DNA of 64,000 nucleotides from Pavona decussata (GCA_977016875.1 CDRNST010000103.1:1178001-1242000); one strand, 5' to 3'; positions 1 through 13,448 are shown, counted from the stretch's first letter. The notes: generated from the letters alone by a model not told the origin. Numbers and translations are program-made.

Positions 1-3000
1 TAAGCACAATTTCATTAGATAGACTCCAACGAAAACAAAATGGTTTGTTTTATCGTTGAAATTATTTTCTGCACTTGTGTTTGGATTTTGCGGCGCAAGC
101 ATTATTAGCTGCGGTTTTGGTGTCAAACCATCCGCGAAAAACTGTCCAAAATACGCTCCGAATATACATTAAAAAGCGGTAGCCTTCGTTGAAGCGTCAG
201 CGAGCACTGGGAAGCGAAATTATTCAAGGTCTCTCACCTTAATAGCTGCTCGTATTTTACACTAGACTTTAGATTTACAGTGCCGTACGTAGTTTGAGCT
301 TTGATCAAGACGAGAATATACTAGATGAATTATTTCTCGTTCTGATTTTTGGCATAAAGTGACGATAAGATTAACAGTTTTTTTCGCGAGGTTTTAGCTT
401 TTTGTTCGATTTGAGCTGTTCGCTTGACGTCGACAGGCCGACATAGAAAGATTTAAGGAAAGCTTTAACAATATAACGCAGTATAAAAACGAATTGCAGG
501 GTATTATTAATGCGCAGAATAATTCCTTAATTGCCTCAGTTTTGAATCTCATAAGCTCTGTTTGTTAATTTTAAGACCCATATGATGGATCGTAAGTGTT
601 CGCCTACGCGTTGAAGATTTCTTTGTCCACGTAGCGAATGAGCAAACACCGACCGTTTTTCTTAAAAAAAAAAAAAAAATGAAGGAAAAAAAAATAACTC
701 TGCAAAGAAGCAGAAAGTAGTTCCTGTGGAGCGACGTTTTGAAATTGAAATCTGGGAGATGTTAACATGGGTATAATGTATTCAGAGAAACATCGTCAAA
801 CACAGCTTTCAGATCTTGCTTGTTTTCCAATGGGTAAACAGACTTTACAGTCTATTTTTTAGATCAAGATGTCTATGTAGAATATCATGTGCTTCAGGAT
901 GAATATTTTAATTTACTCTGCAAGTTTAAATATGAACGATTGTGCTTTGTAGGATATCTATTGCAGGGCAGGTGAATCGACACTGAGGAAAATTGCCTTT
1001 GTAATTGGTCGCGTCTTTTTAATAAAAGAAAAAAACATCGAATAATTTCGAGAAAATATTTCAAATGCTTCACACAGGCTCTTGATTTTGATGTGTTCTG
1101 TAAAAAAAATTAAGACAAAAACAAATGGAATATTTTACTTAGGATAGATATCAATCTTCACTGCGTGGGGGAAATGATTTTCTGTTATTGCAGGTTACGC
1201 ATGTTTCGGCGCCTCATCAGTTCAAAGATGTGCATCATAACTTCAAAAGGCAGGTGATTTATTCTCACATTGACACAGTCACCCATTTTCAAAATAACTA
1301 TTAAATGAACTTTGTCTCTATTCCCAACAAAGGGCTATTCATGACAAAGAAAGCTTTTTCGCAGCAATATAATGTTGTTTGTAACTTTGATAGTATAGCG
1401 TCGTCATTCGTGGAAATTGCAAGCTGTTCGCGCGAAAAAAAAAACACATTTGCATTTGAAAAGTGAGTTTTGTTCGATGCCCAGTGCGTTGGAAACTCCC
1501 CACATCGTTAACTAAGGCGAAAAGATTCAGGATGTCATCGCTTTGTAACAATGTAAACTTCAAGGACAGAGATAGAAAAAAAAAACAAGCAAAAAACAAA
1601 AAAAAAACAAGAACCTCCAGTCAAGACCAATATTCCTCCATATCGAGGTAACGCGTTTACTTCGATTCAGTCGCGAGTGGAATAAATTTCCACTTTCTTA
1701 AATGTCATTGTTGTAGAGGGTCGAATAATCCTAGATCTTTACACATTTGAAATTGAGTTTATGTTTGTTTTTATTCGAGATATTGAATTAGCATATTTAT
1801 CGTTGAAACTGTCACATTAAGCTTTTAAGGTAATTCAGGTCATTTTCGTTTATATCGATTGTACTCCGGAAAATCCTAATATATGGTCGACCACAAAACT
1901 ATATTTCTTTAATACAAGTTATTCTTGGTTTGCACTAATGAAAATCTACTTTGACTTGTAGTTTAAACTAAAGTTTATGCTTTTTTAATGAAATATTCAA
2001 GAACTCGCGTTTTATAAAATTTAATTGTCCTGTCGTATTCGTACGATATTGAATATGAGATCAAAGGGATAACATGTCGACCGCGTCGTTTCCATGGCAA
2101 GGACCGCATCCCATTCCCGCTCCATGAAGCTTCTAGAGAGACCCTGGGGATGATGTTGAAAGAAAGGATTTGTCTGGAATAGAGAAAAAAGAGTAAATTG
2201 TTACGAAAGAAGAAATATTCATAGTTTTGCAAGCATGGGACAAACAAACATATCAGAGTCGGTGAGAGGTATCAAACTTCACTTGACCTACTGCAGCAGC
2301 GATCGGGTACACTATTGCGCTACTGGGCGACTCAAGGATAAGAGCATCTTGCATACTGAAAGGAAAGAAATGGAATCATGGCATTCACTTATTCACCGAA
2401 CAATTAGATTACGAACTCGAGATTTCTATTTAGTTCATGAGAGCGCTTTCCGAAATAACTATCACACTTAGAAATCGAGGGCGAATGATATGATCTAATT
2501 GTTTAACATTGTCTACCCGATTTCCTTTAGCCTCAAGTGTGTATGACGCACACATGACGTAAAATCGTGGTAAGAACAAAGAAGTACGCTACGAGCCCCA
2601 GGCAAGTAGATGCTCTTACCATATCTTGACGTCCTATGTGCGTCATCACAGTTTTTATACATTGTTTTGCTATCGGTTAACCCCCATTAAATTAGAAATG
2701 TTTTCAAAACTTATCGTAATAATGTTTTTGCGCGGAGATTGGAAGGGCAAATTTGCGATCATTTGTGATCTATAAACAGAGTGCACGCCTATTGGCTAAT
2801 GCAAGGCTAAAAAATACGTCATCCCTTTTGGCGGGAAAGCAGTTTTGAAAGTAAATCTACACAGGAAAAGAGTTTACTAGAGGAATTAATACAGAAAGAG
2901 GCTCCTCTTTATCAGTGTTTTTGAGTGCTGTAAGCTGATTGACTACGTTGCTCACTAGTTATCAACCTCATTCCCAGGATTTCTCCAACCCTGAGAACGA

Positions 3001-3101
3001 GGTTGACTATTTATTCTCCCTTTTCATCAACTGTCACGCGAAAGAATTCTCAACCTCAGAATCTTATTGTGAAATATTCCACTAAACAGGGCCGTGCCGA
3101 G

Positions 3102-3855
3102 AAGACTTTCTGATTACTAGTTCGGATGCTCTACCACTGAGCTACAGGAGACTTTTTTATAACAGCTTCATTGACCATCACACATGTTAAATACAGTAAA
3201 TTAAACAGCCAGAAAGAAATGAAAAATATGTGCAAAGTGATTTAAAGTGATAAAGTCAAAAGGGCAGGTGCTAACGGGACGCGAGGACCCATGCGAGGCA
3301 CCTCCCATGATACAAGTAATAATTAAAACACGATCAAGCAAAAGACGCCAAATTTAAAAGACGCTAAAAAACTAGGGATGGCAGGGGCAGGATCGTACAA
3401 TTGACCAGGTACAGGGATAGAATATGTCAAAGTGATTCTGCAAAAGGTGAAACATGTGCTCAGTACGTAACAAAGTTGCGGAAGGAAGCAGTAGTTGAAA
3501 AACTGGTAGGGGGTGACTTGAAGGAGCTTAGGCCATTGATCTAGGTTCATGGGACAAACATCCTGTATATTGCTCCGGGCTAGGATTTGATTGTCAGTGT
3601 GTGCATATGCGCAATGGAATAAATGCGNNNNNNNNNNNNNNNNNNNNNNNNNNNNNNNNNNNNNNNNNNNNNNNNNNNNNNNNNNNNNNNNNNNNNNNNN
3701 NNNNNNNNNNNNNNNNNNNNNNNNNNNNNNNNNNNNNNNNNNNNNNNNNNNNNNNNNNNNNNNNNNNNNNNNNNNNNNNNNNNNNNNNNNNNTGAATGAC
3801 ACAGGGATACTCGGAAAAAGGAAATCCAAGTGCTCCTATCAGGAGTGAAACCTAA
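3102..3855 (-). mobile_element. Interrupted copy of the same tRNA-related repeat (spans a ~370-bp insert and an N-gap)
   Basis: 3102-3152, 3520-3627 and 3793-3855 match successive parts of the 19.6-kb copy; minus strand reads gtagctcagtggtagagcatccgaactAGTaatc. Confidence 0.65.
3628..3792. other. Assembly gap (N run); further gaps at 8985-9247 and 63545-63705
   Basis: Runs of n. Confidence 0.99.
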
Positions 3856-6099
3856 TATAATATTTTAATATTATTTTAGTATGAATTCAGTTCAGAGAAA
3901 ATAAAGAAGCTAATATCTTCGAAAAATAAAAAATAAAAAAAATAAAATAAAATAAAAAAAACCGAAAGAAAGAAAGGAAGCAATAATAATTACTGACCAT
4001 AAATCAGCTACAAAGAATTCTATACAGAGATCTTAAGTCCCCGTCCACTTAAAATGCGTTTTCAACGCATACTTTTTCATACCGTAGGCTTTTGCTTATT
4101 GTCCATACTAAAACGATCGAAAGTGCTGATGAAAATGAAGACTTTCGAAATGATTTTAAAAGTGAAGACTTTTGTTATCCTTAATAGTCGACAAACATAT
4201 TTTACCTTAAAAAAGACAACCAGATTACGTCTCTATAATTAATCTTAAGTGCCGGCGCCATGTTAGGAAATTGAACAGGAAACTTCGACAAAACTCATCT
4301 TCTAAGTTACGAGCTGTCGTGTTTTGAAAGCTATTAGAAAATCGTTTAATTCGGCATTAATTTTTTGAAACATTATCCTCAAATCGAAGTTTTATTTGTA
4401 TTTTAGGAAACACAAACACAAGAGTTGTTGTGCATTCATTTAAATGTTTACTGGCGGTCACATGAATGCTGCATAGTTTTCACCAAGACGTTTTAAGAAA
4501 ATTGCCGGAAGACTTTCAAGTTCGTCCGAATATGTGTTTTTAAAACTTGGTAGACGCCCTCAATGTTTTTTTTATTTTTCAATCATTCATGCAGAGAAAA
4601 TTATGCTCAATAATAATATCAAATCACCCATTTAGGCAAAAAAGGAAGAAGGACTTTGAAAGGTTGCTATTTTGGGTCTCCTACTTTAAAAAGGGCTTTG
4701 CAGCCATAACAAAAAACAACTCATTTAATTGGAAATGAGCAAAGGTTATTTACGCCATTTTCACTTTGGAACAAACATATCGAATTTTTAAGGTAGTGGG
4801 GAGAGAATATGCCTGGTTAACTCGGTTTTGCGGCGAAAAATTCGTCTTTGTGTTCACTGTGGCATTTTAAGAAACAAAAACTCGGCGTAAACTCGAGAGT
4901 ATTCTTCCCAACTGCGACAGTTTTTCTCGATAACTCGAGGAAACATACCTAATTTTCATGACAGCCATGTTAATTGCGTCAAAGAATATCCGGTCGTTTC
5001 CTTTTGAAAGGATTTTTCTTCTAGTCGGTAAAGGCTATGATTGGGCAAGTGAACGAACGCACTGAAATATTCTGTCCAAACGAACGGTAGTAAATAAACA
5101 CAGTGAAAAATACGAGGGCACCTCTGTCTCCCTAAATAAATACGCTATGCAGGATCCTTGATCTAATCACGTCACCTTTGTCTATATTAAGTACATACTT
5201 TCGTTTTTGCATACTAAACAGTTCTGGGCAAGTTCAACGGGCTACTCTGAACGATGCTTCCTCACACTCTGGTAAACTTCTGGTCCGCCGGATCAGAGAA
5301 TAATCCGTTTGTTGCACTTTGCAAAGGTATTTATCACCTTCGTGGTTGTCACCATGCGCTTAAAATTCGCGATCCTAATCGTTTTTATTTCAAAACAAAA
5401 CATGCGTTGAAAACAGCACAGGGCAACTGAAATTTTGACTGTGTTTTGGCGAACTGCTTTAGCTTTCTATACCTAGCATCAGAGAAAAACATTCGTTTTC
5501 GCTTTTATCGCGAAGGTATCAATTTACCACTCAGTCCGATTTACCGACGAAAAAGAAGCCAGAGATGTTCTTAACGATATTCATCCATCCTTGACAGTTC
5601 ACTGATAGAGTGATGTGCCACTGCAAACAACGCTAACCACAGAGGTAGCCACATTGAAGCTACCAGTTGAGTTGGTAAAACGCTGACTTTAAATATTTCC
5701 GCCTAACCTTCGGTTGCGCAAGGCTTTCTTGCGTATGAATTCATTTTTTCATTATTCAGCCTCAAGTTTTAAAATCAATATTTTCACTTTTCCTTCGAGA
5801 CAGGATGACAAAGGCGACTCGGTGTTATTAATAATTCAATTCGCTCTGCACGAAAGCCAAACCGCAATGGAACAAAATTTGGTCGACGCGTGCAAGCTAT
5901 TTTAACATTTCAAAGGTTTGCCTTGTTGCACGCAGTGACTGGACGACAAAGGAACTCAAGTTTGATTAACATCTTTTTATTTATTGACAGATTCCACGCA
6001 CTGCAAGTGTACATTCACAGATGTTGTGAAGTGGCAGTAACCAAATCTTCTCAAGTTTGAAATTCGGGCAAGTTGACACAGAGCGGTGAAAAGCTCTGA

Positions 6100-7374
6100 A
6101 TGAAATCCATAAAATTTGTGTCCCTGCGTGTTTCCTTCACAGACGTGTGGTTTTACAGTGCCGCGTCATTGGCTGGTTTTTCTATCACAATGTGCGTACC
6201 TGCCTTAGTACTCGTACTCATGGCCGTAATAACTTTACTTTACGCTTTATATTATCACAACAGCCAACAACTAAAGCCTTGCTTGTACTATAAGAAGTCT
6301 AGAATCAGTATGGTTATAAAAAAGGGTTGCAAGCTTTTAAGCCAAGAATACAAGCCGACATTCTGGGCTAGAAATCGGCATCTTCAGACTATCTTGCCAA
6401 GGATTTGGTGGCAAGATGAGTTGGAATTTAAGCGCGAATATTTACAGATGGCAGACAAAGGGATTGTTGCTTTGGACTGGGTTGCGTTGGACGATGACAA
6501 AGTTATTAGCAAAGTGAGCCCAGTAATGCTTCTTATCCCTGATTTAACTGGCGCGGCCACCGATTTGGTAGCCGCCTGCACAGAGGCTTTGGCGCGAAAA
6601 TTTCGCCCGGTGGTGTTCAATCGCCGCGGGCATGGCGGCACCTCTTTGTCAACCTATCGCCTACAAAGTTTTGGGGATGCAAGTGACTTGGACGAAGCTA
6701 TTGAGTTTATCAGCCATATGTATCCTTATTCTGAAATATTTGCCATTGGATTTTCAACTGGCTCAGGAATTTTGATGTCGTATCTGGGTGAGACGGGTGT
6801 AGCTACCAAGCTTAACGCAGCAGTTTGTATTTCTCCGTGCTATGACGCCGAGGCGCTTTTCAAGTCGAACAGTATCCCCGAACCGTACAATTGGCTTTGG
6901 ACGTTAAAACTGAAATCTATTTTACGTCAACATCCTTGCTTAGGAAATGTGATAAACTATAACCTTGCACTGCAAAGCTCGAACATTAAAGAACTGGATG
7001 AACGGGTTTACATCAAGCTAAACCAGTATAACTCGTTAGAAGAGTACTGGAAATACAATAATCCTATGCGGAACATAATAAACATTTCCGTACCAGTACT
7101 TTGCATTAGTGCACTTGATGACCCCATTTGCCCAAAAGATACTATTCCATTCAGCCTTTTCAAAAACTCGAACAATTTGTTCCTGGTAACAACAGACACA
7201 GGGGGACACTGTGGATTTTTAGAGGATTGTTTTCCCTCTTCTTGGGCAAACAAACTTGCTGGTGAATATTTAGAAACTGTGTTTAACCAAGGAGTACCGA
7301 AACAAACTGAAGAAAATCACGTGCATTTCTTTCCAGAATTCAATGGAACGAGGAATCGAAGCTACACTACATAG
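6100..7374 (+). CDS. ABHD15: ABHD15-like alpha/beta hydrolase (ABHD1/2/3/15, YheT-like family), single coding exon; true start may be ATG 6190 (MCVPALVLVL...)
   Basis: 424-aa ORF with N-terminal hydrophobic anchor. Family motifs: YKPTFWARNRHLQT, DKGIVALDW, VVFNRRGHGG, nucleophile elbow GFSTG (6748-6762), DDPI acid, GGHCGF His. GSGILMSYLGETG and C-terminal RSYT resemble vertebrate ABHD15 as I recall it. Splice acceptor ttttatttattgacag ends at 5990. Confidence 0.9.
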   Translation: MKSIKFVSLRVSFTDVWFYSAASLAGFSITMCVPALVLVLMAVITLLYALYYHNSQQLKPCLYYKKSRISMVIKKGCKLLSQEYKPTFWARNRHLQTILPRIWWQDELEFKREYLQMADKGIVALDWVALDDDKVISKVSPVMLLIPDLTGAATDLVAACTEALARKFRPVVFNRRGHGGTSLSTYRLQSFGDASDLDEAIEFISHMYPYSEIFAIGFSTGSGILMSYLGETGVATKLNAAVCISPCYDAEALFKSNSIPEPYNWLWTLKLKSILRQHPCLGNVINYNLALQSSNIKELDERVYIKLNQYNSLEEYWKYNNPMRNIINISVPVLCISALDDPICPKDTIPFSLFKNSNNLFLVTTDTGGHCGFLEDCFPSSWANKLAGEYLETVFNQGVPKQTEENHVHFFPEFNGTRNRSYTT

Positions 7375-8559
7375 CAAACGGCTCCAGATTTGAATTCGTC
7401 TGTTATAAACTTAGCAAAATCGTTCGGCCAGTCAAAATTGTATGTTGGTTTTATATGCAGGCAATTCAATGAGAATGTGTTTATCATACGATAAACAAAG
7501 AAAATGATTGCAGAAGCTTAATTCTGCATAAGCTTCTTTAAATTATATTTGAACAATCGACCAAACAGTGAAAAACGTTTGGCAATAATTAAAGATGTTA
7601 ATCTTGATCTTAACATATAAACTGCCACGTCCGTCTAAAAGTGCAATCGCTTAGTTTCGAAATATATTCCTGTTCGTTCTGCTCTGTTTTAATTTGTCTA
7701 CTGTTTCTTCTGAAATGCGCTTTTTTGCCTACCGATTGATATTCAAATGAGTGACAAAGTTTTATTTGCTCTGGAGTAGAGCAAAGAATACACTTTAATA
7801 AGGCGGAATATAAACTGAAGAAGTTTTAAATATAAAATGCTTTATAGAACAAGGGTGAAAGCAATCTCTACTCAACCTATTGCGTTTTGCATAGACTCAT
7901 AGAAAGGAAACGATTCTTGTCATTCCCAAGAAGCTTTTAAATGAAACGGATTCAAAGCAGTGAGTATTTGAAAACAGATTAGTTCTGTTTGCGTTCAACG
8001 AGCCCAGGATATCACAAACTGCTACTCCGGGTTTTGATAGATTCAATTACAATCTTTATTGCCATTTTCTGTTTCAATTGCGCTTTTAATTTGGGGGATT
8101 ACAAGATGGCGTTGTGAGATACGAAACCACAATCATTATATTACTTTTCCTTGTATCTTTTAAAGCTGAAATAATCTCATAATCCCGACTACTTGAACGT
8201 TATCTTTTATCTGTTTTCTACATCTGTTATTTATTTCTAGTTAAATTAACCATGAAAGAATTGATATAGATAGACTTAATTTAGATCCAGAGCCATTTTT
8301 AATGAGATAACAGAGAGATTTACAATTAAGTTTACCGCAAACGGCAAACGTGAGATTCGCGTTTATGTTTTCTTGGAAAAAAAAAAAAAAGAATACATAG
8401 ATGAGAATAGTGCAAAATAATTCTGGCCTTTAATGTCAACGCAAAACTACTTTATTTTACTGCGAAACAGAAAACCGCGAGCGGCAAATGTAGAAAAAAA
8501 TATAGAAATGCGTTGAACGAGCACATTAACCCAAAATACATTGAAATAATTTATGAATT

Positions 8560-8790
8560 TAGTTCGAGACGGCAATAGCACGCAGTTTGAAACCAAGTCG
8601 TGGTACTGCCGTGCAGCACGATAGGGCCTGCCGTGCTACTGCCGAGCAAAATAGTCGTGCCGAACTTAATTCAGCCTGCCAAACTAAATGGTTTCTAACG
8701 TCGTGCTACTGCCGGGTTTTTAAACTTAAAAGACGAATTGAATTCTCGAATTTAGTTCTGCAAGGCAGTAGCGCGACGTTTGGAACAGGG
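8560..8790. repeat. Repeat remnant with dispersed inverted cgtgctactgccg / cggcagtagcacg motifs
   Basis: Motif occurs several times in both orientations. Confidence 0.5.
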
Positions 8791-9653
8791 GGTATCAGAT
8801 CGCACCCAATTTTGACATTTGTCAATCACCTTTGAATTAAAAGTGCTAAAAATGGTACCTCTTTTGCGTTTCTGGTGACAGTTGCCTCTTTGCGCGTAAA
8901 AAAGTAAGCATTTTCTATCTGAGTCTTGCTAAAATAGCTGGCAGTTCTAGCTTGACGTCAGTTTTAGACGAGGTTTAAAATACCNNNNNNNNNNNNNNNN
9001 NNNNNNNNNNNNNNNNNNNNNNNNNNNNNNNNNNNNNNNNNNNNNNNNNNNNNNNNNNNNNNNNNNNNNNNNNNNNNNNNNNNNNNNNNNNNNNNNNNNN
9101 NNNNNNNNNNNNNNNNNNNNNNNNNNNNNNNNNNNNNNNNNNNNNNNNNNNNNNNNNNNNNNNNNNNNNNNNNNNNNNNNNNNNNNNNNNNNNNNNNNNN
9201 NNNNNNNNNNNNNNNNNNNNNNNNNNNNNNNNNNNNNNNNNNNNNNNCATTCAAATGATAGCAAGTGAAGTAACGGAAACTGAAAGTACTTCATTATAGT
9301 TGATTCTATGGTAAATCTATCTGTGCGTAAACCTGATAGAGTTTTTGTTTTTTCTACTATCAGAACGAAAAAGTAGGATTGCCCGAACCTATCACTAATT
9401 ATGGGATACCTGGAATCTACACATGCGCCTGAGGGAAAAGGTTGAGCTAGTCACGCAAGTCGTATGATCGCGTTTTTAATTATTTTCCCAGTACGTTTGT
9501 TTGTAATTAAACTCTGCCTATGAAACATAATAACTCTCCTTTCACCCAGCTTCACTGCTTCCCCAAATTTGGATATAAAATCGTCTTCCTGGTTTCTTGA
9601 GTATACCAACCATATTGTTTTCAGCTTTCAAATTTTACGAAAATTGGGCTTAA

Positions 9654-9907
9654 GGCCCGATTGTTTCAAAGCCGATTAACGCTTATTCCCAAGTGAAAGT
9701 CAACCGAGGTTTTTATCTTGCTCGTCAAAATGTTTTTAAAAGCTAATTTTAAAATTTTAAGCTAATGGTAAAGAAAAGTAAAAGTCTTAAACTGGGGGAC
9801 AAAAATCTTTTGGAAGAATCTTTATTGATTAGTAATTAAACTCGAATCAAAGTTGAACTGGTTAATCCGGGATCAGTTTAATCGGGCTTTGGACAAGTGG
9901 GACCCGG
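9654..9907. mobile_element. MITE family A, copy 1
   Basis: Collinear similarity to 28172-28417 over ~250 bp. Confidence 0.7.
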
Positions 9908-11039
9908 TCACTAAATACAGAGGGGATGGGGATAGTGGAGGAGAAAGTGGGGGTCTTAAAATTTTTCTGTTTTGCGAGGGTGTGGGGGATTTTCCAAAGA
10001 GGAACAGTGGATGGACTAGGCTTTCAAATTTCCGCCCGATACTGCAGCAAATTAACACCTCCAGGAGTATTAAGGCCTTTCTGTCTGGTTTTATTGGGTA
10101 AAAAAAACAACAACAACAACAACAACAACAACAAAAAGAAATCTGCACTAAAACTAATTTACTTTAGTAAATAACAACTGAGATTTGAGAGAGGCGTTTT
10201 TGACAATTAACACTGTATAATTTAAAATGACTAGAAGAGGAAATTTTTTAAAATCCGATTGCTCTTATGAATCTCACGGTATTGTTCTCCTTGGACAATT
10301 ACTACAGTCTTTTTGAAAGGAACATTTATTGGTTTCAATTGCTGTCATAATCATTTAAACTCAACCTCGTTTCCAGGACAAGGGAAAACTGACGCTGGGA
10401 ACGAACTTGTTTTAAACTCGCCACTGGATTACTTCCAGTCTCTTTAGATAACTCATCTCATTGTCAGCTGGTTGCCTTTGAAACTATGTCCGTAAGACAT
10501 TGAGACTCATCTTGCTTGTTTAACCATAGTTTATTGAGGGACTGGTTATGACAACAATGGTGCTGCAGTTTCTGTTCAGGGAAGGGGTGCGACCGTGCTC
10601 AACCCTTTGTTTTAACTTTCACACTACAGTTGAAAATTTTAACAGGAACGTTTCTATTGGTCAGTTGCTCCAGCAGATTTCAAAATATATTTTGGTTTGT
10701 GGACGGTCTAGGCCAAAAATACAAACAGAAACATGTTAAATAAGTTTGTCAGGCTTCATAACCATTTCCTTTTATTAACTATGGTTTGACGGAGGGGATT
10801 GGTAAGGATTTTGAGATTACTAAAGGTGTGGGAGAGGCGCGGGGCTCCTTTTTAATCAATTTCCGATAAATGCAGGTCCAGAGATTGTCAGCGAAAAAAA
10901 AAAATGTTTTTCTTTCTCCGATTCCTCCCCCTTCTCTTCTGTCCTTAAATTGAGTTTGGAATTTGTGGGTTCTTTTTACGCAAACTCTGTATTTCTTGCC
11001 ACGTTGGCTCCATTTCCTAAAATGGTGGATTTTCCCGCA

Positions 11040-11131
11040 AATCAGCAATGCACCAGATACAGTCAAAACCTGTATTAACGAGGGTGACCGCTAAATCACA
11101 GGTTTTGACTGTATATGGTGCATTGCTGATT
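11040..11131. repeat. Hairpin with 34-bp arms (1 mismatch) and 24-nt loop
   Basis: aatcagcaatgcaccagatacagtcaaaacctgt / acaggttttgactgtatatggtgcattgctgatt. Confidence 0.85.
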
Positions 11132-13448
11132 GCTGATTGTACAAGGTACACGTTAAACACAATAATAATGCCATATTCTATGACCTCTTGATATGGTGTT
11201 CGACTGCAGTCAGTTTTTTCTTCGGCCATGAGGCCATGGTTCTCCTCATATCGTACTAAGGCGGACGGTGATTCCTAATGATCACTCCATAGCAAATAGC
11301 AAGTTATTTTTTTTTCTGTTTGTTCTTACTCACATGTCGCGGCGTTTTGTTTTGAATCTTGCAATTCAGCAGTCCATCATTCCTGACCTGCTCCGCCTGT
11401 TCTGTGATCCAACAGTCCAATACCAAGTATAATTTTCCAGACGTGTGACAGCGCCGGCACCCGGTCGCGTCAAAAATTGGCGGGAATTCAATCAACAACA
11501 CGTGCTGGAAATTTGCAGAGGCTTCGCCGAAAGGATGAAAGCATCGCTTTGCTCTGCTTTGCTAACCGTTTGGAAGGCGAAAGAATTCCTTACAATTCGC
11601 CAAAAGGCAAGACAAGAGGACATGTAAATCTTTCGAATTAAGTTCTAAAGCGACACATAAGCGAAAAAAAAAAGGAATGCAGCTTAAACTTATAAACGTT
11701 GGTTGCAACTGGAGATCGTTCAATGGCATGAGTTACACAGAACCGATTTAACGCTCGTGTTTCACTGCTATTTTGTGCTCCGGTCGACGAGAAGTTTCAC
11801 TTGAGGACTTAAAAGAGGTAAGTGTATCGCCAAAAGGCAGGTATTTTGCTAACTTTTGGGGAAATAATACAGTTATTAACGAATAGACCATTCAGCGGTA
11901 CAATCCGCCATGTTTCGATCGTATACGTTCGTTTGCGACAATTTTTAAGCGGAAGAGAAAATTGTAAACAAAAACGATCCTGGCTGAAGATTTATTTAGT
12001 CTGTCGATTTGCTTCCATAATCTCGCGTTCGAAGCGGCTTTCCCGTTTCCAGTTAAAGCAGGAATTTTGAAGACATTGCTAAGGTAGGTGAATTTTGTTG
12101 TCATTTCTAAATACTTATCAGTCATAGCCGCCTCGAATTTTCTCGTACACGTTCGTTGAGAAAGCTAATTGTTAGGATGAATAAATTATAACGAATGCCG
12201 TTTCGGCAGTCTAAATATAGTTTGGATTACAGTTTGTATGTCGAACTAAATTACGAATTAATGCATCCATGTTATTCAGTTGCAACTTATCTAGCGCCTG
12301 GAACTAGCTAACAAAACACACTTATTTGACATCAATGATTTCTTTCCCGTGTAAACACTGCTGCATTTCGTACCACGTTTCCAGTTGTCGTAGGTACTGC
12401 TAAACTTACTGATGCTCAGCCAGTTGTACGTTGAGACTGAACACAGCTGTGAACACTCAGTATAAACTCTATGAAGTTGGATTCCATGGTCTTGGCACGA
12501 TTAACCCATGAGGGTAAGTGCGAGCTTTTGTTTCCAGTTTCGTTACTTATAAATATAGATCTTTCCAAACAATTTTCACTCCTTCCAGTTCTGACTTAGA
12601 CTTCTCCCCTCCTTTAGCCTTAAAAGCTTGCAACAGTTTTTTTGGCCAGATATTGAAAATTCAAGATTTGGCATGCCAAATATTGAAAATTCAAGATTTG
12701 GAGGTCTTTCTGACACTTTATGTGTAAATAAAGGCGACAAGCCTACGCGATTTCCGGCCCTGCCGTGTATTTCAGTTGTAGCCCCATTTGTAGTGGGTTT
12801 GGCGGATTTAATAGAGCTTTGTATTTGACCATCGTATGTTCAATTTCTGCAGGATGGGTTCTGTAAGTGTTTCTTCTATTTTTAAATCTCTTCATTTAAT
12901 TTTGATCTCTTATTCTGTGTGTCCAACGACCGTGTTGTTGATGCCATATAGGGCATTTCTGCTGGGTTTGGTTTGGCTTGTTTAAGTGCGTAATAGTTTT
13001 AACTGCCCCTTCTTGTTGAGATCTGTGCAATGCCGGGACAGGAGTCATCGCTTGGATCGCGGTGCAATTAGGTTAATTCTATAGCTTTTGCGATGCTGGA
13101 CCTGGCTATAAGACTTTGTTGCGCGCAAGATGTTGTGTTTCGTGGCACGGCTATATGTCTTTTGGTTCTTACTTTATCGTTGTAGCCTGTTATAGAGCTA
13201 TGTAACCTGTAATAGAAAGCCGAGTTCAGCTTAAATCGCAGCTGTGAACTTGTAAATGCTTCGCCCCATTTTATAACTGTGTCGTTTGTATTACGGGAGT
13301 TCAATTATTTCCTTCCTTTGCTTACAACAGTCCATTGACTGTGTTTTAAATTTACAATGAATTGAGCAGGCAATGCTTGGTTCAGACAATACTATTCAAT
13401 AGCCCTTCTGAGTTATGAACATTCTCTGTTATGTTGAGAGTAATGGTC

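Noticed and set aside
1194-1253. Upstream coding exon of the hydrolase
   Set aside because: Splice-like borders exist, but joining to 5991 gives a stop before the ORF; at most a UTR exon, and it overlaps the hammerhead-like relic.
3102-3152. Functional tRNA-Thr gene
   Set aside because: T-arm and 3' half missing at this site; part of a dispersed repeat family.
8947-9294. ORFs spanning N-gaps (also 3323-3848)
   Set aside because: Open only because of ambiguous bases.
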